Assembly: GCA_963798915.1 (NCBI GenBank)
Contig: CAWCVB010000011.1
Location: 30,373-94,372 of the forward strand
Length of the DNA: 64,000 nucleotides
DNA from: an uncultured Gemmatimonadales bacterium
Lineage (GTDB): Bacteria > Gemmatimonadota > Gemmatimonadetes > Gemmatimonadales > GWC2-71-9
Reading direction: 5' to 3'
The position numbers were made by a program, and so were the translations under genes. The notes below the pieces were generated by a model. The model worked only from the letters and a program-made list of their open reading frames with translations, was not told the origin of the DNA and did no database searches. Position 1 is the first letter of the stretch; each line of letters opens with the position of its first letter. Positions 11,917-21,758 of the stretch are shown in pieces.

Positions 11917-12015
11917 CAGGGGGAGTCGAGATGTGACTGGCATCATGGAGCGGGCCGTGGTAGTGCATCAAATTGCAACCACTGCGCTACCTCTCCCCCT
12001 GCTAAGGAGGCTTCA

Positions 12016-12504
12016 ATGCGCACGCGTCTCGCAGGATTGGTTGTTCTCGCCAGTCTCATGGGCGCTCTTCCCGCGTCCGCCCAAGGCGTCCGTTTCGGCG
12101 TCGGCGGCAGCGGCGACATTTCACTGGAAGACAATGGCGGCAGCGATTTCGGCCTGGGTGCTGCCATGGATTACTACCCGGGCGGTCCGGTCGGATTCCG
12201 GCTCGACGGCTCATGGATATTCCGGACTGGTGATGACGGCGTCCTGCTGAACAGCGACGCCACCTATAACTTCGTGAATCATCCCAGCGTCCACCCGTTC
12301 CTCATGGGTGGCCTGAGTCTGGGTGCCAGTCAGTCGTTCGACGCCAGCACGCAGCTTGGCCTCAACGCTGGTGCCGGCATCAATTTCCACCTGCGCAATA
12401 CTCCCATCGGCCTGTGGGCCGACGGGCGGTTCCATCACTTCTTCTCGCCTGACAACAATGGCCTGCAGTTCATGGCCGGTATGCGGTTCGGGGAAGGAGA
12501 GTAG
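12016..12504 (+). CDS. Outer membrane beta-barrel protein, paralog of the upstream OMP
   Basis: RBS AAGGAGG; ASA-Q signal peptide; GFRLDG, HPFLMGG, GLNAGAG, FMAGMRF strands. Confidence 0.8.
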   Translation: MRTRLAGLVVLASLMGALPASAQGVRFGVGGSGDISLEDNGGSDFGLGAAMDYYPGGPVGFRLDGSWIFRTGDDGVLLNSDATYNFVNHPSVHPFLMGGLSLGASQSFDASTQLGLNAGAGINFHLRNTPIGLWADGRFHHFFSPDNNGLQFMAGMRFGEGE

Positions 12505-12540
12505 GGAAGGGCATAGGGCGTGGGAGGGCTCGCAGTGCGC

Positions 12541-12641
12541 CTCGCTGTGAGCCCGCAGGGCGAAGCAATCGGGTCGCGGCTGTGATGTTCGCTCGCGGCT
12601 CGATTGCTTCGTCGTATCCGCTGGATGCTCCCCGCAATGTC
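12541..12641. repeat. REP/RPE-like palindromic element
   Basis: CGAAGCAATCGGGTCGCG ... CGCGGCTCGATTGCTTCG inverted repeat with a CGCAATGTC outer arm. Confidence 0.65.
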
Positions 12642-12744
12642 TTCCGGCTGCGCCACGTCTGACGCTCGAGTCGCGACGCGTTCCCATGTACCCGCGCGCA
12701 TACGCCCGATACCGCATCTGGCTTCATGTCCGGCATCATGTCTC

Positions 12745-14142
12745 ATGGATTCCGTCGCCACGGCTCAGTTGGCCCTGCACACGCACTTTGGCTTTGCCGA
12801 TTTCCGGCCGGCGCAGCGCCCGGTGGTCGAGAGCGTAATGTCCGGCCATAACACTCTTGCGGTGCTCCCGACGGGCGCGGGCAAGTCAGTCTGCTTCCAG
12901 GTTCCGGCCGTGGCGCTTGGCGGGCTGACCGTCGTCATCTCCCCCCTGATATCGCTCATGCAGGACCAGGTCGGCGCTGCGCGGAGCCGGGGCATCGCCG
13001 CCGAACATTTGGCAGGAGAGCTGGAGCGCGATCGACTCGACCACCTGCTGCGCGATGCGCGCAACGGGCAGCTCTCACTCCTCTACGTGTCGCCTGAACG
13101 CCTTCCCATGCTGGCATGCCGGGCCTTTGCCGGCGGCGTCCGGGCTCGGCGGCTGGCTGTGGATGAAGCCCACTGCATCAGCGAATGGGGCCATGACTTT
13201 CGTCCGGCGTTCCGGTGTATTTCCCAGGCGTCGGAGCTGCTCGGGCGTCCTCCGATTGTGGCGCTCACCGGGAGCGCCACCCCGCGCGTGCGTGGCGACA
13301 TCGTGGCCTCGCTGGCTCCGGGGGGCGCGGCGTTCCAGGTGCATCTGGCCTCGTTTGACCGGCCCAACCTCTGGTTCGGAGCGTGCCGTGTTCCCCGCGA
13401 GCCCGACCGATTGCCCATGCTCCGTGCCCTGCTGCGCCGGGACGAGACGGCCATCGTCTACGCCTCCACTCGCCGGTCAACCGAGAAGCTGGCTCGGGCG
13501 CTGCGTTACGCCGGTCATGTGGCCGAGGCGTATCACGCGGGGCTCTCCCGGGAGCGGCGGGACGCGTGCCTGGACCGGTTCCTGCGCGATGAGATCCGGG
13601 TCGTGGTCGCCACGTCCGCATTCGGCATGGGGATCGACAAGCCGGGCGTTCGCCGGGTGGTGCACTGGACCATTCCTCCCACACCGGAGTCCTACTATCA
13701 GGAGGCGGGTCGGGCCGGCCGGGATGGTGCGCCGGCGCGATGCTACGTCCTGTTTGCGCGCGGAGACGCCGAGATCCACCGTCGCCAGCTGGAGGTCACG
13801 TTTCCGCCCCGCAAGGTTCTCCGGGCGCTCTGGAGCGGCGTGCTTGCGCCAGAGCGGGTCACAGCCGGGGTCCGCAGCTCCGCCGAACGGCTCCAGAAGG
13901 AACTCGATGGATCTTCGGATGCGGACGGATGGCGACGCATCGACCATCGACGGGAAGCGGCCCTTGCCCGGCTCGATACCATGGCGCGGTATGCGGCGGG
14001 AACACGGTGCCGCCGTCGAGCGCTGGTTGGATATTTCGGCGAGCGACAGGACGGGTGCAGCGGCTGCGACGTCTGCGAAGGGCCCCGAAGTGCGCGGGTA
14101 GTGCGGCTCTGGAGCAAAGTGCGATCGCTTGGCGGAAGCTGA
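12745..14142 (+). CDS. recQ: RecQ family ATP-dependent DNA helicase (short, no obvious HRDC)
   Basis: PTGAGKS, SPLISLMQDQV, VDEAHCISEWGHDFRP, AFGMGIDK, YYQEAGRAGRDG, CRR..CSGCDVC. Confidence 0.92.
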   Translation: MDSVATAQLALHTHFGFADFRPAQRPVVESVMSGHNTLAVLPTGAGKSVCFQVPAVALGGLTVVISPLISLMQDQVGAARSRGIAAEHLAGELERDRLDHLLRDARNGQLSLLYVSPERLPMLACRAFAGGVRARRLAVDEAHCISEWGHDFRPAFRCISQASELLGRPPIVALTGSATPRVRGDIVASLAPGGAAFQVHLASFDRPNLWFGACRVPREPDRLPMLRALLRRDETAIVYASTRRSTEKLARALRYAGHVAEAYHAGLSRERRDACLDRFLRDEIRVVVATSAFGMGIDKPGVRRVVHWTIPPTPESYYQEAGRAGRDGAPARCYVLFARGDAEIHRRQLEVTFPPRKVLRALWSGVLAPERVTAGVRSSAERLQKELDGSSDADGWRRIDHRREAALARLDTMARYAAGTRCRRRALVGYFGERQDGCSGCDVCEGPRSARVVRLWSKVRSLGGS

Positions 14143-14161
14143 GGCGTACGCCGTGCACATT

Positions 14162-14276
14162 GGTCGTCGGGCGTCGGGCGTCAGTCGTCAACGGCGAGTT
14201 CACGCTGAAGACCTGGAGCAGGCGATGAGGCGAGCTTGCGCGGGGCTTCGGTCCCTTCGCTTCGCTCAGGTTGACA
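14162..14276. repeat. Heptamer run plus a half copy of the palindromic element
   Basis: GGTCGTCGGGCGTCGGGCGTCAGTCGTCA and CCCTTCGCTTCGCTCAGGTTGACA between convergent genes. Confidence 0.55.
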
Positions 14277-14301
14277 CTTCCGACGAGCCGACGTCGCGTC
14301 C

Positions 14302-15459
14302 TTATTCGCGCTCAGCTACCCGGTAGATCCGTCCCGAGGCATACACCACGTAGACCTCGCCGTCCGCGTCTTCGCCGAGGGACACGGCATTATCAGTGAC
14401 GCCGTTCACCAGCGGGGCCGCCAGCTCGGGATAGGCCTCCACCGGGCCGGCCGTCGTCGTGCGGAAACTGCGTACCCAGCCACCGCAGAAGTCGCTGTAA
14501 AGATAGGTTCCGCGAAGCGTCGGGAAGGCCCGGCCGCGGTAGACGTAGCCACCGGCCACGGCGCAGGCATTGACGTGGGAGTACTGGACCACCGGAGTGA
14601 CCAGGCCGGCCGATTCACAACCGACGGCCGGCTGATAGCAGCCATCGCCCTCCATGAACGGCCACCCGAAGTTGTTGCCGCCCTCAATCGGTGCAGCCAG
14701 AAAGTTGATTTCTTCAGTGCTTCCCTCGCCCACGTCGCCGATGTAGAGGTCGCCGGTGCTGCGGTCAAAACTCCACCGCCAGGGGTTTCGCAAGCCCAGC
14801 TGCCAGATCTCCTTTCGCCAACCTGGGCGATTCACGTAGGGATTATCGGGCGGAATTGCGTAGGGCGTCGCGCCATCGACGTCGATCCGCAGCATCTTGC
14901 CAATCCACGATCCGCTGTCCTGGGCAAGACTCAAGGGCCCGCCGCCGTGGTCGCTGTCGCCAAAGGCAAAGTAGAGCTTGCCATCCGGTCCGAATGCGAC
15001 CAGCCCGCCATAGAGCACCGCCGTCACCGGCTGCGCCTGCGACAGGATGGGCTGTTCCGACGCCGGGCTGGCGGTGTCGAAGTCAGGGTTCGCGGTGAAG
15101 GCAGAAAGCTGTGAGTTGCCGGCGTTATCCACATAGTAGATGAAGAAGCGCCGGTTCGTGGCGTACGCCGGATGGAAGGCGAGGCTGTAGATGCCGTATT
15201 CATGGCCGCCGCCGGTCAACGCGCTCAGGTCGATGAAGGGCGTGGGCAGCCGCTTCCCATCCTTGCGCAACCAGATGATCCCGCCGCGCTCAACCACCAT
15301 CATCCGGCTTTTGTCGCCCGGTGGACTGGTCACGTACACCGAAAAGTCATAGCCGCTGTCCACCGGCACCAGGGTCAGACTGGTGGGTGGGGGAGGGTTC
15401 TGTTCGGTGGCGCAGGCGGCGACGATCAGAAACGGAATGAGGCGATAGAACCGCTGCAC
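14302..15459 (-). CDS. PQQ-dependent sugar (glucose/sorbosone) dehydrogenase family lipoprotein
   Basis: GTG start after GGAGG; VAAC lipobox; LAFHP, FGPDGKLY, GKMLRIDV, IPPDNP, GLRNPWRWSFD, GDVG motifs. Confidence 0.9.
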   Translation of the reverse strand: MQRFYRLIPFLIVAACATEQNPPPPTSLTLVPVDSGYDFSVYVTSPPGDKSRMMVVERGGIIWLRKDGKRLPTPFIDLSALTGGGHEYGIYSLAFHPAYATNRRFFIYYVDNAGNSQLSAFTANPDFDTASPASEQPILSQAQPVTAVLYGGLVAFGPDGKLYFAFGDSDHGGGPLSLAQDSGSWIGKMLRIDVDGATPYAIPPDNPYVNRPGWRKEIWQLGLRNPWRWSFDRSTGDLYIGDVGEGSTEEINFLAAPIEGGNNFGWPFMEGDGCYQPAVGCESAGLVTPVVQYSHVNACAVAGGYVYRGRAFPTLRGTYLYSDFCGGWVRSFRTTTAGPVEAYPELAAPLVNGVTDNAVSLGEDADGEVYVVYASGRIYRVAERE

Positions 15460-15572
15460 GCGTCCTCCAGGAGGAATTGCCCGACGCTGGCGCAAGGGTG
15501 GGACCGTTATATTGAACGCGACTACGGTCGGCCCGCTGGCCGCCTTTTACGTAACCCTCGACCCCGACCAAC

Positions 15573-16790
15573 ATGGACCTCTCGCTCTACTTCACCGAGC
15601 AGCACTACCAGGTGCGCGACATGGTGCGCGAGTTCGCGCAGTCTGAAGTGGCACCGGTGGCTGCCGAGCTGGATCGCACCAGCGAGTTCCCCTGGGACAA
15701 TGTCCGGAAGATGGGAGAACTGGGGCTGCTTGGCGCACCCTGGCCGGAGGAGATGGGCGGTGCCGGGCTCGACCAGCTCTCCTATTACATCGTCATCCAT
15801 GAGCTGGCCAAGGTGGATGCGAGCCACGGCCTTACGGTGAGCGCGCACACCAACCTCGGTACGTCGCCCATTGTCGAGTTCGGTACGGACGAGCAGCGTA
15901 AGCGCTTTGTCCCGCTGCTTGCCTCGGGCAAGATTCTTGGCGGCTTTGGTCTCACCGAGCCCGGCGCCGGCAGTGACGCGGGCGGCACCGCCACCATCGC
16001 TGAAGATAAGGGCGACCACTTCCTGCTGAACGGCGCCAAGATCTTCATCACCCATGCCGGCGTGGGCGAAGTCTTTTCGGTCACGGCGCGTACGGAGCCG
16101 GGCAGCGGAAACAGGGGCATCTCCAGTTTCATCGTGACCAAGGACGCCGTGGACCTGGCCGCATGCAAGGCCGCCGGCGTGGGGCACGCGCCCGACCTGC
16201 CCAAGACGCCGGGCGTTCGTGCTGGCAAGAAGCAGGAGAAGATGGGCTGGCGGGCCAGCGACACTCGCGAGCTGATCTTCGAGAACGCGGTGGTCCCCAA
16301 GGAGAACCTCCTGGGTGAACGGGGTCGCGGGTTCGTCAATTTCCTGAAGACCCTGGACGGCGGTCGGATCGGGATCGCGGCCCTGTCGCTGGGCATTGCC
16401 GAGGGCGCCTACGATGCCGCGCTCGACTACGCCGGGGTGCGCAAGCAGTTTGGCAAGCCGATCGGCAGCTTCCAAGGGGTCCATTTCCAGTTGGCCGACA
16501 TGGCCATGGAGATCGAGGCCGGCACCCACCTCCTCTACCACGCGGCCTGGCTCAAGCAGCACGGGAAGCCGTTCAAGAAGGAAGCGGCCATGGCCAAGCT
16601 GTTCTGTTCCGAACTGGCCATGCGGGCCACCACCAAGGCGGTCCAGATCTTTGGCGGCTACGGCTACACCACGGAATACCCGGTGGAGCGCATGATGCGG
16701 GACGCCAAGGTCTGCGAGATCGGGGAAGGGACCAGCGAGATCCAGCGGATCGTCATCGCCCGCCAGATTCTGGGCGACGTGGTCTCCTGA
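15573..16790 (+). CDS. Acyl-CoA dehydrogenase
   Basis: FGLTEPGAGSDA, LNGAKIFITH, RKQFGKPI, AVQIFGGYGY, IGEGTSEIQR motifs. Confidence 0.95.
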   Translation: MDLSLYFTEQHYQVRDMVREFAQSEVAPVAAELDRTSEFPWDNVRKMGELGLLGAPWPEEMGGAGLDQLSYYIVIHELAKVDASHGLTVSAHTNLGTSPIVEFGTDEQRKRFVPLLASGKILGGFGLTEPGAGSDAGGTATIAEDKGDHFLLNGAKIFITHAGVGEVFSVTARTEPGSGNRGISSFIVTKDAVDLAACKAAGVGHAPDLPKTPGVRAGKKQEKMGWRASDTRELIFENAVVPKENLLGERGRGFVNFLKTLDGGRIGIAALSLGIAEGAYDAALDYAGVRKQFGKPIGSFQGVHFQLADMAMEIEAGTHLLYHAAWLKQHGKPFKKEAAMAKLFCSELAMRATTKAVQIFGGYGYTTEYPVERMMRDAKVCEIGEGTSEIQRIVIARQILGDVVS

Positions 16791-16967
16791 TTGCCGTAAC
16801 TTCCATTATTTCCTATCTTTAGACGTCAACTGGCTGCTGGCCGGCCGACGCCCTGGTCCCCGAGCGGGAGGGCCGTCGCCGGTCGGAGCCGTCATTCCAG
16901 ACTTCGCATCGAGCGGATTCGCAGCGCGCCTTTGGGCGCGGGTGCCACAGGTCCGCCGAGGTGACCC
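16791..16967 (+). promoter_or_regulatory. Sigma70 promoter and structured 5' UTR of the RNase E/G gene
   Basis: TTGCCG-17 bp-TATCTT (16791-16819); long stem-loops at 16832-16890 and ~16907-16963. Confidence 0.55.
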
Positions 16968-18608
16968 TTGAAGCGCGAGATTCTGATCAACGGCAGCCAA
17001 CGCGAAACCCGCGTGGCCATCCTCGAAGACGACCGCCTGGTTGAACTCCTCATCGACAGGCCTGACCGCCGGCGAATCGTCGGTGATATCTACCTGGGCC
17101 GGGTGGAAGCTGTGCTGCCCGGGATCCAGGCTGCCTTTGTCGATATCGGCCTGGAGAAGAGCGCCTTCCTGCACGCCTCGGATCTCCTCGAGCCGGAAGA
17201 CGAGGACGAGGAGCCGGTCGATCCCGAAGAAGAGAATGCGGAGGCCGATGAGGCCGAGGCCGCGCTGGAGTCGGGCGAAGGCGGCACCGATGAGGCCGAG
17301 CCGCCACGCCGGAGCCGCCGGGGCCGTAATGGCAGCGGCGAACGCCATTCCCGCCACGCCGTTCCCAACATCCAGGACATCCTGAAGAAGGGGCAGAACC
17401 TTCCGGTGCAGGTCACCAAGGAGCCCATCAGCACCAAGGGCTGCCGCGTCACCGCCCAGATTTCGCTGGCTGGCCGGTTCCTGGTCTACATGCCCTATGG
17501 CTCCAAGGTGGGCGTCAGCCGCAAGATCGAGAGCAGGGAACAGCGCGGCAAGCTGCGCGAGATGGTCACCAGGATCCTGCCGAAGGATGCCGGCGGCGTC
17601 ATCGTCCGGACCGTCGCCGAGGGTGTGACGGAAGAGCATTTCCGGCGCGAGGTCGAGACCCTCATGAATCAGTGGCGGAAGGTCAACCGCAAGAAGACCT
17701 TCGTCCGCCGCGCACCGGCACTGCTCCAGCGCGAAACCAGCCTGACCCGTGGTCTCATCCGGGACGTATTCAGCAGCAAGGTGGATGCGCTCTGGGTGGA
17801 CTCCAAGGAACTCCACCACGAAATCGAGCAGTACCTCGAGCAAGTGGACCCGGAGCTCATCCAGCGGGTCCACTTCTACGAAGACGCCACGCCCCTCTTC
17901 GACAAGTTCGACATCGAGAACGAAATCCGTGACCTCTTCAAGGCGCGGGTCGAACTGCCGACCGGCGGGTCGATCATCGTCCAGCCCACCGAGGCGCTGG
18001 TCAGCATCGACGTAAACACGGGCCGCTACACCGGCAAGAAGGACCCGGAGAAGACCATTCTCCGGACCAACGTCGAGGCCGCGCGCGAGATCGCCCGCCA
18101 GATCCGCCTGCGCGACATCGGCGGCATCATCGTCTGTGACTTCATTGACATGGAGTCGCGCCAGAACCGGGAGAAGGTGCTCCAGGAGCTGCGCATGCAC
18201 CTGGGGCGCGACCGGGCCCGCACCAAGGCCTTCGCGGTGTCGGAACTGGGCCTGGTGGAGATGACCCGGCAGCGGGTGCGCCCGTCGCTGTGGCACACGC
18301 TCACCCGGGACTGTCCCACCTGCGCCGGCAGCGGCCGGGTCTTCACCCCGGAGGTTGTGTCCCGACGCCTGGAGCGGTCGCTGCGGCGCGCCGGCCACGA
18401 ACACCGGGAGCGGCAGCTCACGGTGCGGCTCCACCCGGAGGTTGCGCTCTACCTCCTGGAGGAGGAGCCCCGGTTCCTGGCCCAGCTCCAGAAGGCAACC
18501 GGCATCGATCTCGAGCTGCGCGACGATCCCATGATGCGGCTGGACGAGTTCCGGATCATGAGCCGGCCCGCCGGGCGCGACGTGACCGATCTGTACGCGG
18601 TGGCGTGA
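16968..18608 (+). CDS. rng: Ribonuclease E/G family (Rne/Rng)
   Basis: TTG start; AAFVDIG, VQVTKEPISTKG, IDVNTG, RLRDIGGIIVCDFIDM, CPTC motifs. Confidence 0.93.
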   Translation: MKREILINGSQRETRVAILEDDRLVELLIDRPDRRRIVGDIYLGRVEAVLPGIQAAFVDIGLEKSAFLHASDLLEPEDEDEEPVDPEEENAEADEAEAALESGEGGTDEAEPPRRSRRGRNGSGERHSRHAVPNIQDILKKGQNLPVQVTKEPISTKGCRVTAQISLAGRFLVYMPYGSKVGVSRKIESREQRGKLREMVTRILPKDAGGVIVRTVAEGVTEEHFRREVETLMNQWRKVNRKKTFVRRAPALLQRETSLTRGLIRDVFSSKVDALWVDSKELHHEIEQYLEQVDPELIQRVHFYEDATPLFDKFDIENEIRDLFKARVELPTGGSIIVQPTEALVSIDVNTGRYTGKKDPEKTILRTNVEAAREIARQIRLRDIGGIIVCDFIDMESRQNREKVLQELRMHLGRDRARTKAFAVSELGLVEMTRQRVRPSLWHTLTRDCPTCAGSGRVFTPEVVSRRLERSLRRAGHEHRERQLTVRLHPEVALYLLEEEPRFLAQLQKATGIDLELRDDPMMRLDEFRIMSRPAGRDVTDLYAVA

Positions 18609-18616
18609 GGGGCAGG

Positions 18617-18687
18617 GGTCGACGGTCGACGGTCGACGGTCGACGGTCGACCGTTGACCGTTGACCGTTGACTGTTGACTGTTGACC
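18617..18687. repeat. Heptamer tandem repeats forming a hairpin: (GGTCGAC)5 then (C/T)GTTGAC x5
   Basis: Read directly from the sequence. Confidence 0.9.
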
Positions 18688-18696
18688 AGCCGGCAC

Positions 18697-18726
18697 TTGA
18701 CCCGCCTGGCACGCCGGAGCTAAATT
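18697..18726 (+). promoter_or_regulatory. Putative rplU promoter
   Basis: TTGACC-18 bp-TAAATT. Confidence 0.45.
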
Positions 18727-18762
18727 GAACGGCTAACGAATTTTCTGACACGGCGGGCACGC

Positions 18763-19077
18763 ATGTACGCAATCTTTCGGGCGCTGGGCAAGCAGTTTCG
18801 GGCGGAAAAAGGCAAGACGCTCCGGCTGCCGCTCATGGACAAGCAGCCCGGTGACAAGCTCACGTTTGACGAAGTCCTGCTTTCGTCCGACGGCTCGACC
18901 ATCCGGGCCGGCGCACCGCTGGTGGCGGGCGCCGCGGTTGAGGCCGAGGTCCTGGGGCAGGTCAAGGGCGACAAGCTGTACATCTTCAAGTTCAAGCGGC
19001 GCAAGAACTACCGCCGCAAGACCGGGCACCGGCAGAAGTACACCGAGGTCCGCATCACCGACGTGACGGCGGGATAG
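18763..19077 (+). CDS. rplU: 50S ribosomal protein L21
   Basis: [29 protein letters not shown]. Confidence 0.97.
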   Translation: MYAIFRALGKQFRAEKGKTLRLPLMDKQPGDKLTFDEVLLSSDGSTIRAGAPLVAGAAVEAEVLGQVKGDKLYIFKFKRRKNYRRKTGHRQKYTEVRITDVTAG

Positions 19078-19081
19078 GCGC

Positions 19082-19342
19082 ATGGCTCACAAGAAAGGCG
19101 TTGGCTCCAGCAAGAACGGACGGACCTCGAACCCGCAGTACCTCGGGGTCAAGAAGTTCGGCGGTGAACAGGTGGCGGCCGGCAATATTCTGGTCCGCCA
19201 GCGCGGCACGCGCTTCCATCCGGGCCAGAACGTGGGCAAGGGCAGCGACGACACGCTGTTCGCCCTGGTCGACGGAGTGGTCAAGTTCGAGTACAAGGAC
19301 AAGAACCGGAAGAAGATCTCGGTTCTGCCTGCTTCAGCCTGA
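19082..19342 (+). CDS. rpmA: 50S ribosomal protein L27
   Basis: [24 protein letters not shown]. Confidence 0.98.
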   Translation: MAHKKGVGSSKNGRTSNPQYLGVKKFGGEQVAAGNILVRQRGTRFHPGQNVGKGSDDTLFALVDGVVKFEYKDKNRKKISVLPASA

Positions 19343-19362
19343 CCAGCCAGCAGCGATCCAGC

Positions 19363-19398
19363 ACGGCCCCGGCAATCAAGCCGGGGCCGTTTTGTTTT
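19363..19398 (+). terminator. Rho-independent terminator
   Basis: ACGGCCCCGGC-AATCAA-GCCGGGGCCGT followed by TTTGTTTT. Confidence 0.85.
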
Positions 19399-19460
19399 GA
19401 AACACCCGGCTGGCGACTTCCGTCATATCTTGGGTATGCCGCCTGAACCGGGGAGGAACC

Positions 19461-19847
19461 ATGGCGACCTTGTTTGACCGGATGAACCGAGAGTTCGAGG
19501 CGCTGGGCCGACGGGCCCAGGAAGTTTTTGATGAGAGCCGCGCACGCCTGGAACTGATGCGGCTTCGCAATCTGCGGGATGGCGCTGCCCGCGAACTTGG
19601 ATACCTGTTTTACGAGCGTGAGCGTCAGCCCGAGAACGCCGAGCAGGGCCGCCTCGATGCCGCGCTGTTCAAGATGGACGACCTGAAGCACGAGATCGAA
19701 CGAGTGGAGCAGCAGCTTGCCGTGGAGCGAGTGGAGAAGCAGGCTGAAGAAGAGCCCGAAATGGCGGCGGCCGGAGCAGCGACTGCCGAACCCGCCGGAC
19801 AGCCGGATGCGACGGAGGGACCGCCACCAGCCGGCGAAACGATCTGA
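19461..19847 (+). CDS. Hypothetical coiled-coil protein
   Basis: RBS GGAGG; helical charged sequence; codon usage like its neighbours. Confidence 0.75.
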   Translation: MATLFDRMNREFEALGRRAQEVFDESRARLELMRLRNLRDGAARELGYLFYERERQPENAEQGRLDAALFKMDDLKHEIERVEQQLAVERVEKQAEEEPEMAAAGAATAEPAGQPDATEGPPPAGETI

Positions 19848-19862
19848 TGGCCCTGACCCCGC

Positions 19863-20534
19863 TCACAATTGAAGTCGCTCGGGATAATTGCCACAGAGCC
19901 CATCAACGCCGAGCGCAGCGAGCTTCGCTGCCTCGGCGCTGTCGTTGACCGTCCACGCAACAACCTCACCTGCCGCACGATGCACTGACTCAACCAGCGC
20001 CGCATCGATCATCGTCCATTCCTGCCAGAGCACTGAAGCGCCAGCTGCCCGCAGAGGTGCAGCCGGATCGACGAGGCGCGCCACCAGCAGGACTCCAGTT
20101 CGGAAATCTCGTGACGAGTCGCTGAGGCGGCGAATCAGGCGATGATCGAACCCGTGCACTCCGTAGCGCCCTGGTGCGGGCGCCTGGCGCAGCACCTCGG
20201 CGAGGAGCGACTCATGCTGCGAGGCAAGCTCCTTCACCTCAATCCAGACCTCATGGTTGCCGATCGCGGCGAGCGCCTCAGCCAGGGTGGGGATGGCCTC
20301 GCCATTCCCCAGGCGGTGAGCCCGCAGGCGGGCCCAGTGCAGCTGGCGAATCGCGCCCAGGCCCTGAACGTCGGCATCATGATGCACGACCAGCTCACCG
20401 TCCAGGGTGCCATGTATGTCCAGCTCGACGCCGTCGGCCCCAAGTTCCGTGGCGCGGCGGAAGGCAGCGAGCGTATTCTCGAGGGCATGACCCGAGGCGC
20501 CACGGTGGGCAAGGACTCGCGGAGAGTGCGGCAT
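19863..20534 (-). CDS. Glycerophosphodiester phosphodiesterase
   Basis: AHRGASG..ENTLAAF, VELDIH, HHD, IEVK, AWTVND motifs. Confidence 0.92.
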   Translation of the reverse strand: MPHSPRVLAHRGASGHALENTLAAFRRATELGADGVELDIHGTLDGELVVHHDADVQGLGAIRQLHWARLRAHRLGNGEAIPTLAEALAAIGNHEVWIEVKELASQHESLLAEVLRQAPAPGRYGVHGFDHRLIRRLSDSSRDFRTGVLLVARLVDPAAPLRAAGASVLWQEWTMIDAALVESVHRAAGEVVAWTVNDSAEAAKLAALGVDGLCGNYPERLQL

Positions 20535-20568
20535 GAGGGGAGAAATATACTGCAGCCCTCAACCGGCT

Positions 20569-20594
20569 TAACAATTCCGTCGATCGCACGTCTA
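20569..20594 (+). promoter_or_regulatory. Putative ECF-type promoter upstream of the sigma gene
   Basis: TAAC-16 bp-CGTCTA, matching the general ECF AAC/CGTC pattern. Confidence 0.5.
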
Positions 20595-20689
20595 CCTCCT
20601 GAAGGTCACCACCGATGGAGGGGAGGCAGCGTGACGCACACGATGAAGACACGGTGGAACACCGTCCATCTGCCCGCGATAAAGGGGGC

Positions 20690-21252
20690 ATGAGCTGAGA
20701 GCCGCCGCCGCCCGTCCCGCGACTGATCCCGCATCCGATGCCGACCTGGTTGCCGCGTATCACGCCGGCAGCGAGCCGGCGGCGGCGGTCCTGGTCGAGC
20801 GTCACGCGCCGGCCATCGCGCGCCATCTCTACAGCAGTGGCGCCGGGACGAGCGAGCTGGACGATCTGGTGCAGGAAACGCTCTTTCGGGGCTTTCGGCG
20901 ACTGGCATCCTGGCGTGGCGAAGCGAGCCTCCGCACCTGGCTGCTCAGCATCGCCGGCAATGTGCTTCGTGATGAGGCGCGCCGGCGGCGGGGCAGGGTG
21001 ATGCTGTCGCTCGAAGGCCAGGAGCCAGCAGCCAGTGCCACGCCGGCCAGCGAATTCACGATGCGCGACACGGTCGAACGGCTGCGGCATGCCATTGCAG
21101 CGCTTCCTCGTCTGCAGCGCGAAGTGTTCCTGCTCCGCTCCCAGGAAGGGTCGGATTACGCCGCGATTGCCCTGGCGCTGGGCACGACTTCCGCCGCTGC
21201 ACGAGTCCACTACCACCATGCAGTGCGACGACTGAAGGATGTGATTGCATGA
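20690..21252 (+). CDS. ECF RNA polymerase sigma factor (start apparently missing one G: ATG[G]AGCTG)
   Basis: Frame open 20683-21252: SDADLVAAY, DDLVQETLFR, LRTWLLSIA, LPRLQREVFLLR; ATG at 20690 follows an RBS but is out of frame by 1. Confidence 0.85.
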
Positions 21253-21758
21253 CGACGTGTAGCGCACTCTCAGACGCCATGCCCTCGGTTGCGCATGGGC
21301 GCCGCGCGTGGACGGCAGACGAGGCCACGCACTTGCGCCAGTGTCCTGACTGCGCCGGCGAGTGGCGCCTGGTCCTGGCCGCGTCGCAGCTGGCCGCACC
21401 GCCCGGCGAGCCCGCCAACCCCGCCGAGTTGACGGCGCGCGTGCTGGGTCGGCTGCGCACTGCTGAACGAAGGCATGCCCAACGATGGGTGATCGCCGGG
21501 CTGGCTGCCGCCGTCCTTGCGATGGGGGTCTTCGGGGTGCTCTCAAGGACATCACCGCGGCGGCCAGCGGGGGCAACGGACGCCGCCGGGCTGGTGCTGC
21601 CGGCGCTGGACACCCTGTCGGAGCCGGCATTGACGTCGGTGCTCGATGGACTGTCCGGCCCAATGCTTGACCTGCCCGCCGACCAGGCCCGCACTGACCT
21701 GGCCGCACTGGACTCGACCGGACTGCAGCTCGTCCTCAAAAATCTGGAGGGAATATGA
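21249..21758 (+). CDS. Zinc-finger (ZAS) anti-sigma factor with TM helix
   Basis: HLRQCPDC (HxxxCxxC) plus a TM segment; ATGA-coupled to the sigma gene. Confidence 0.8.
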   Translation: MTTCSALSDAMPSVAHGRRAWTADEATHLRQCPDCAGEWRLVLAASQLAAPPGEPANPAELTARVLGRLRTAERRHAQRWVIAGLAAAVLAMGVFGVLSRTSPRRPAGATDAAGLVLPALDTLSEPALTSVLDGLSGPMLDLPADQARTDLAALDSTGLQLVLKNLEGI

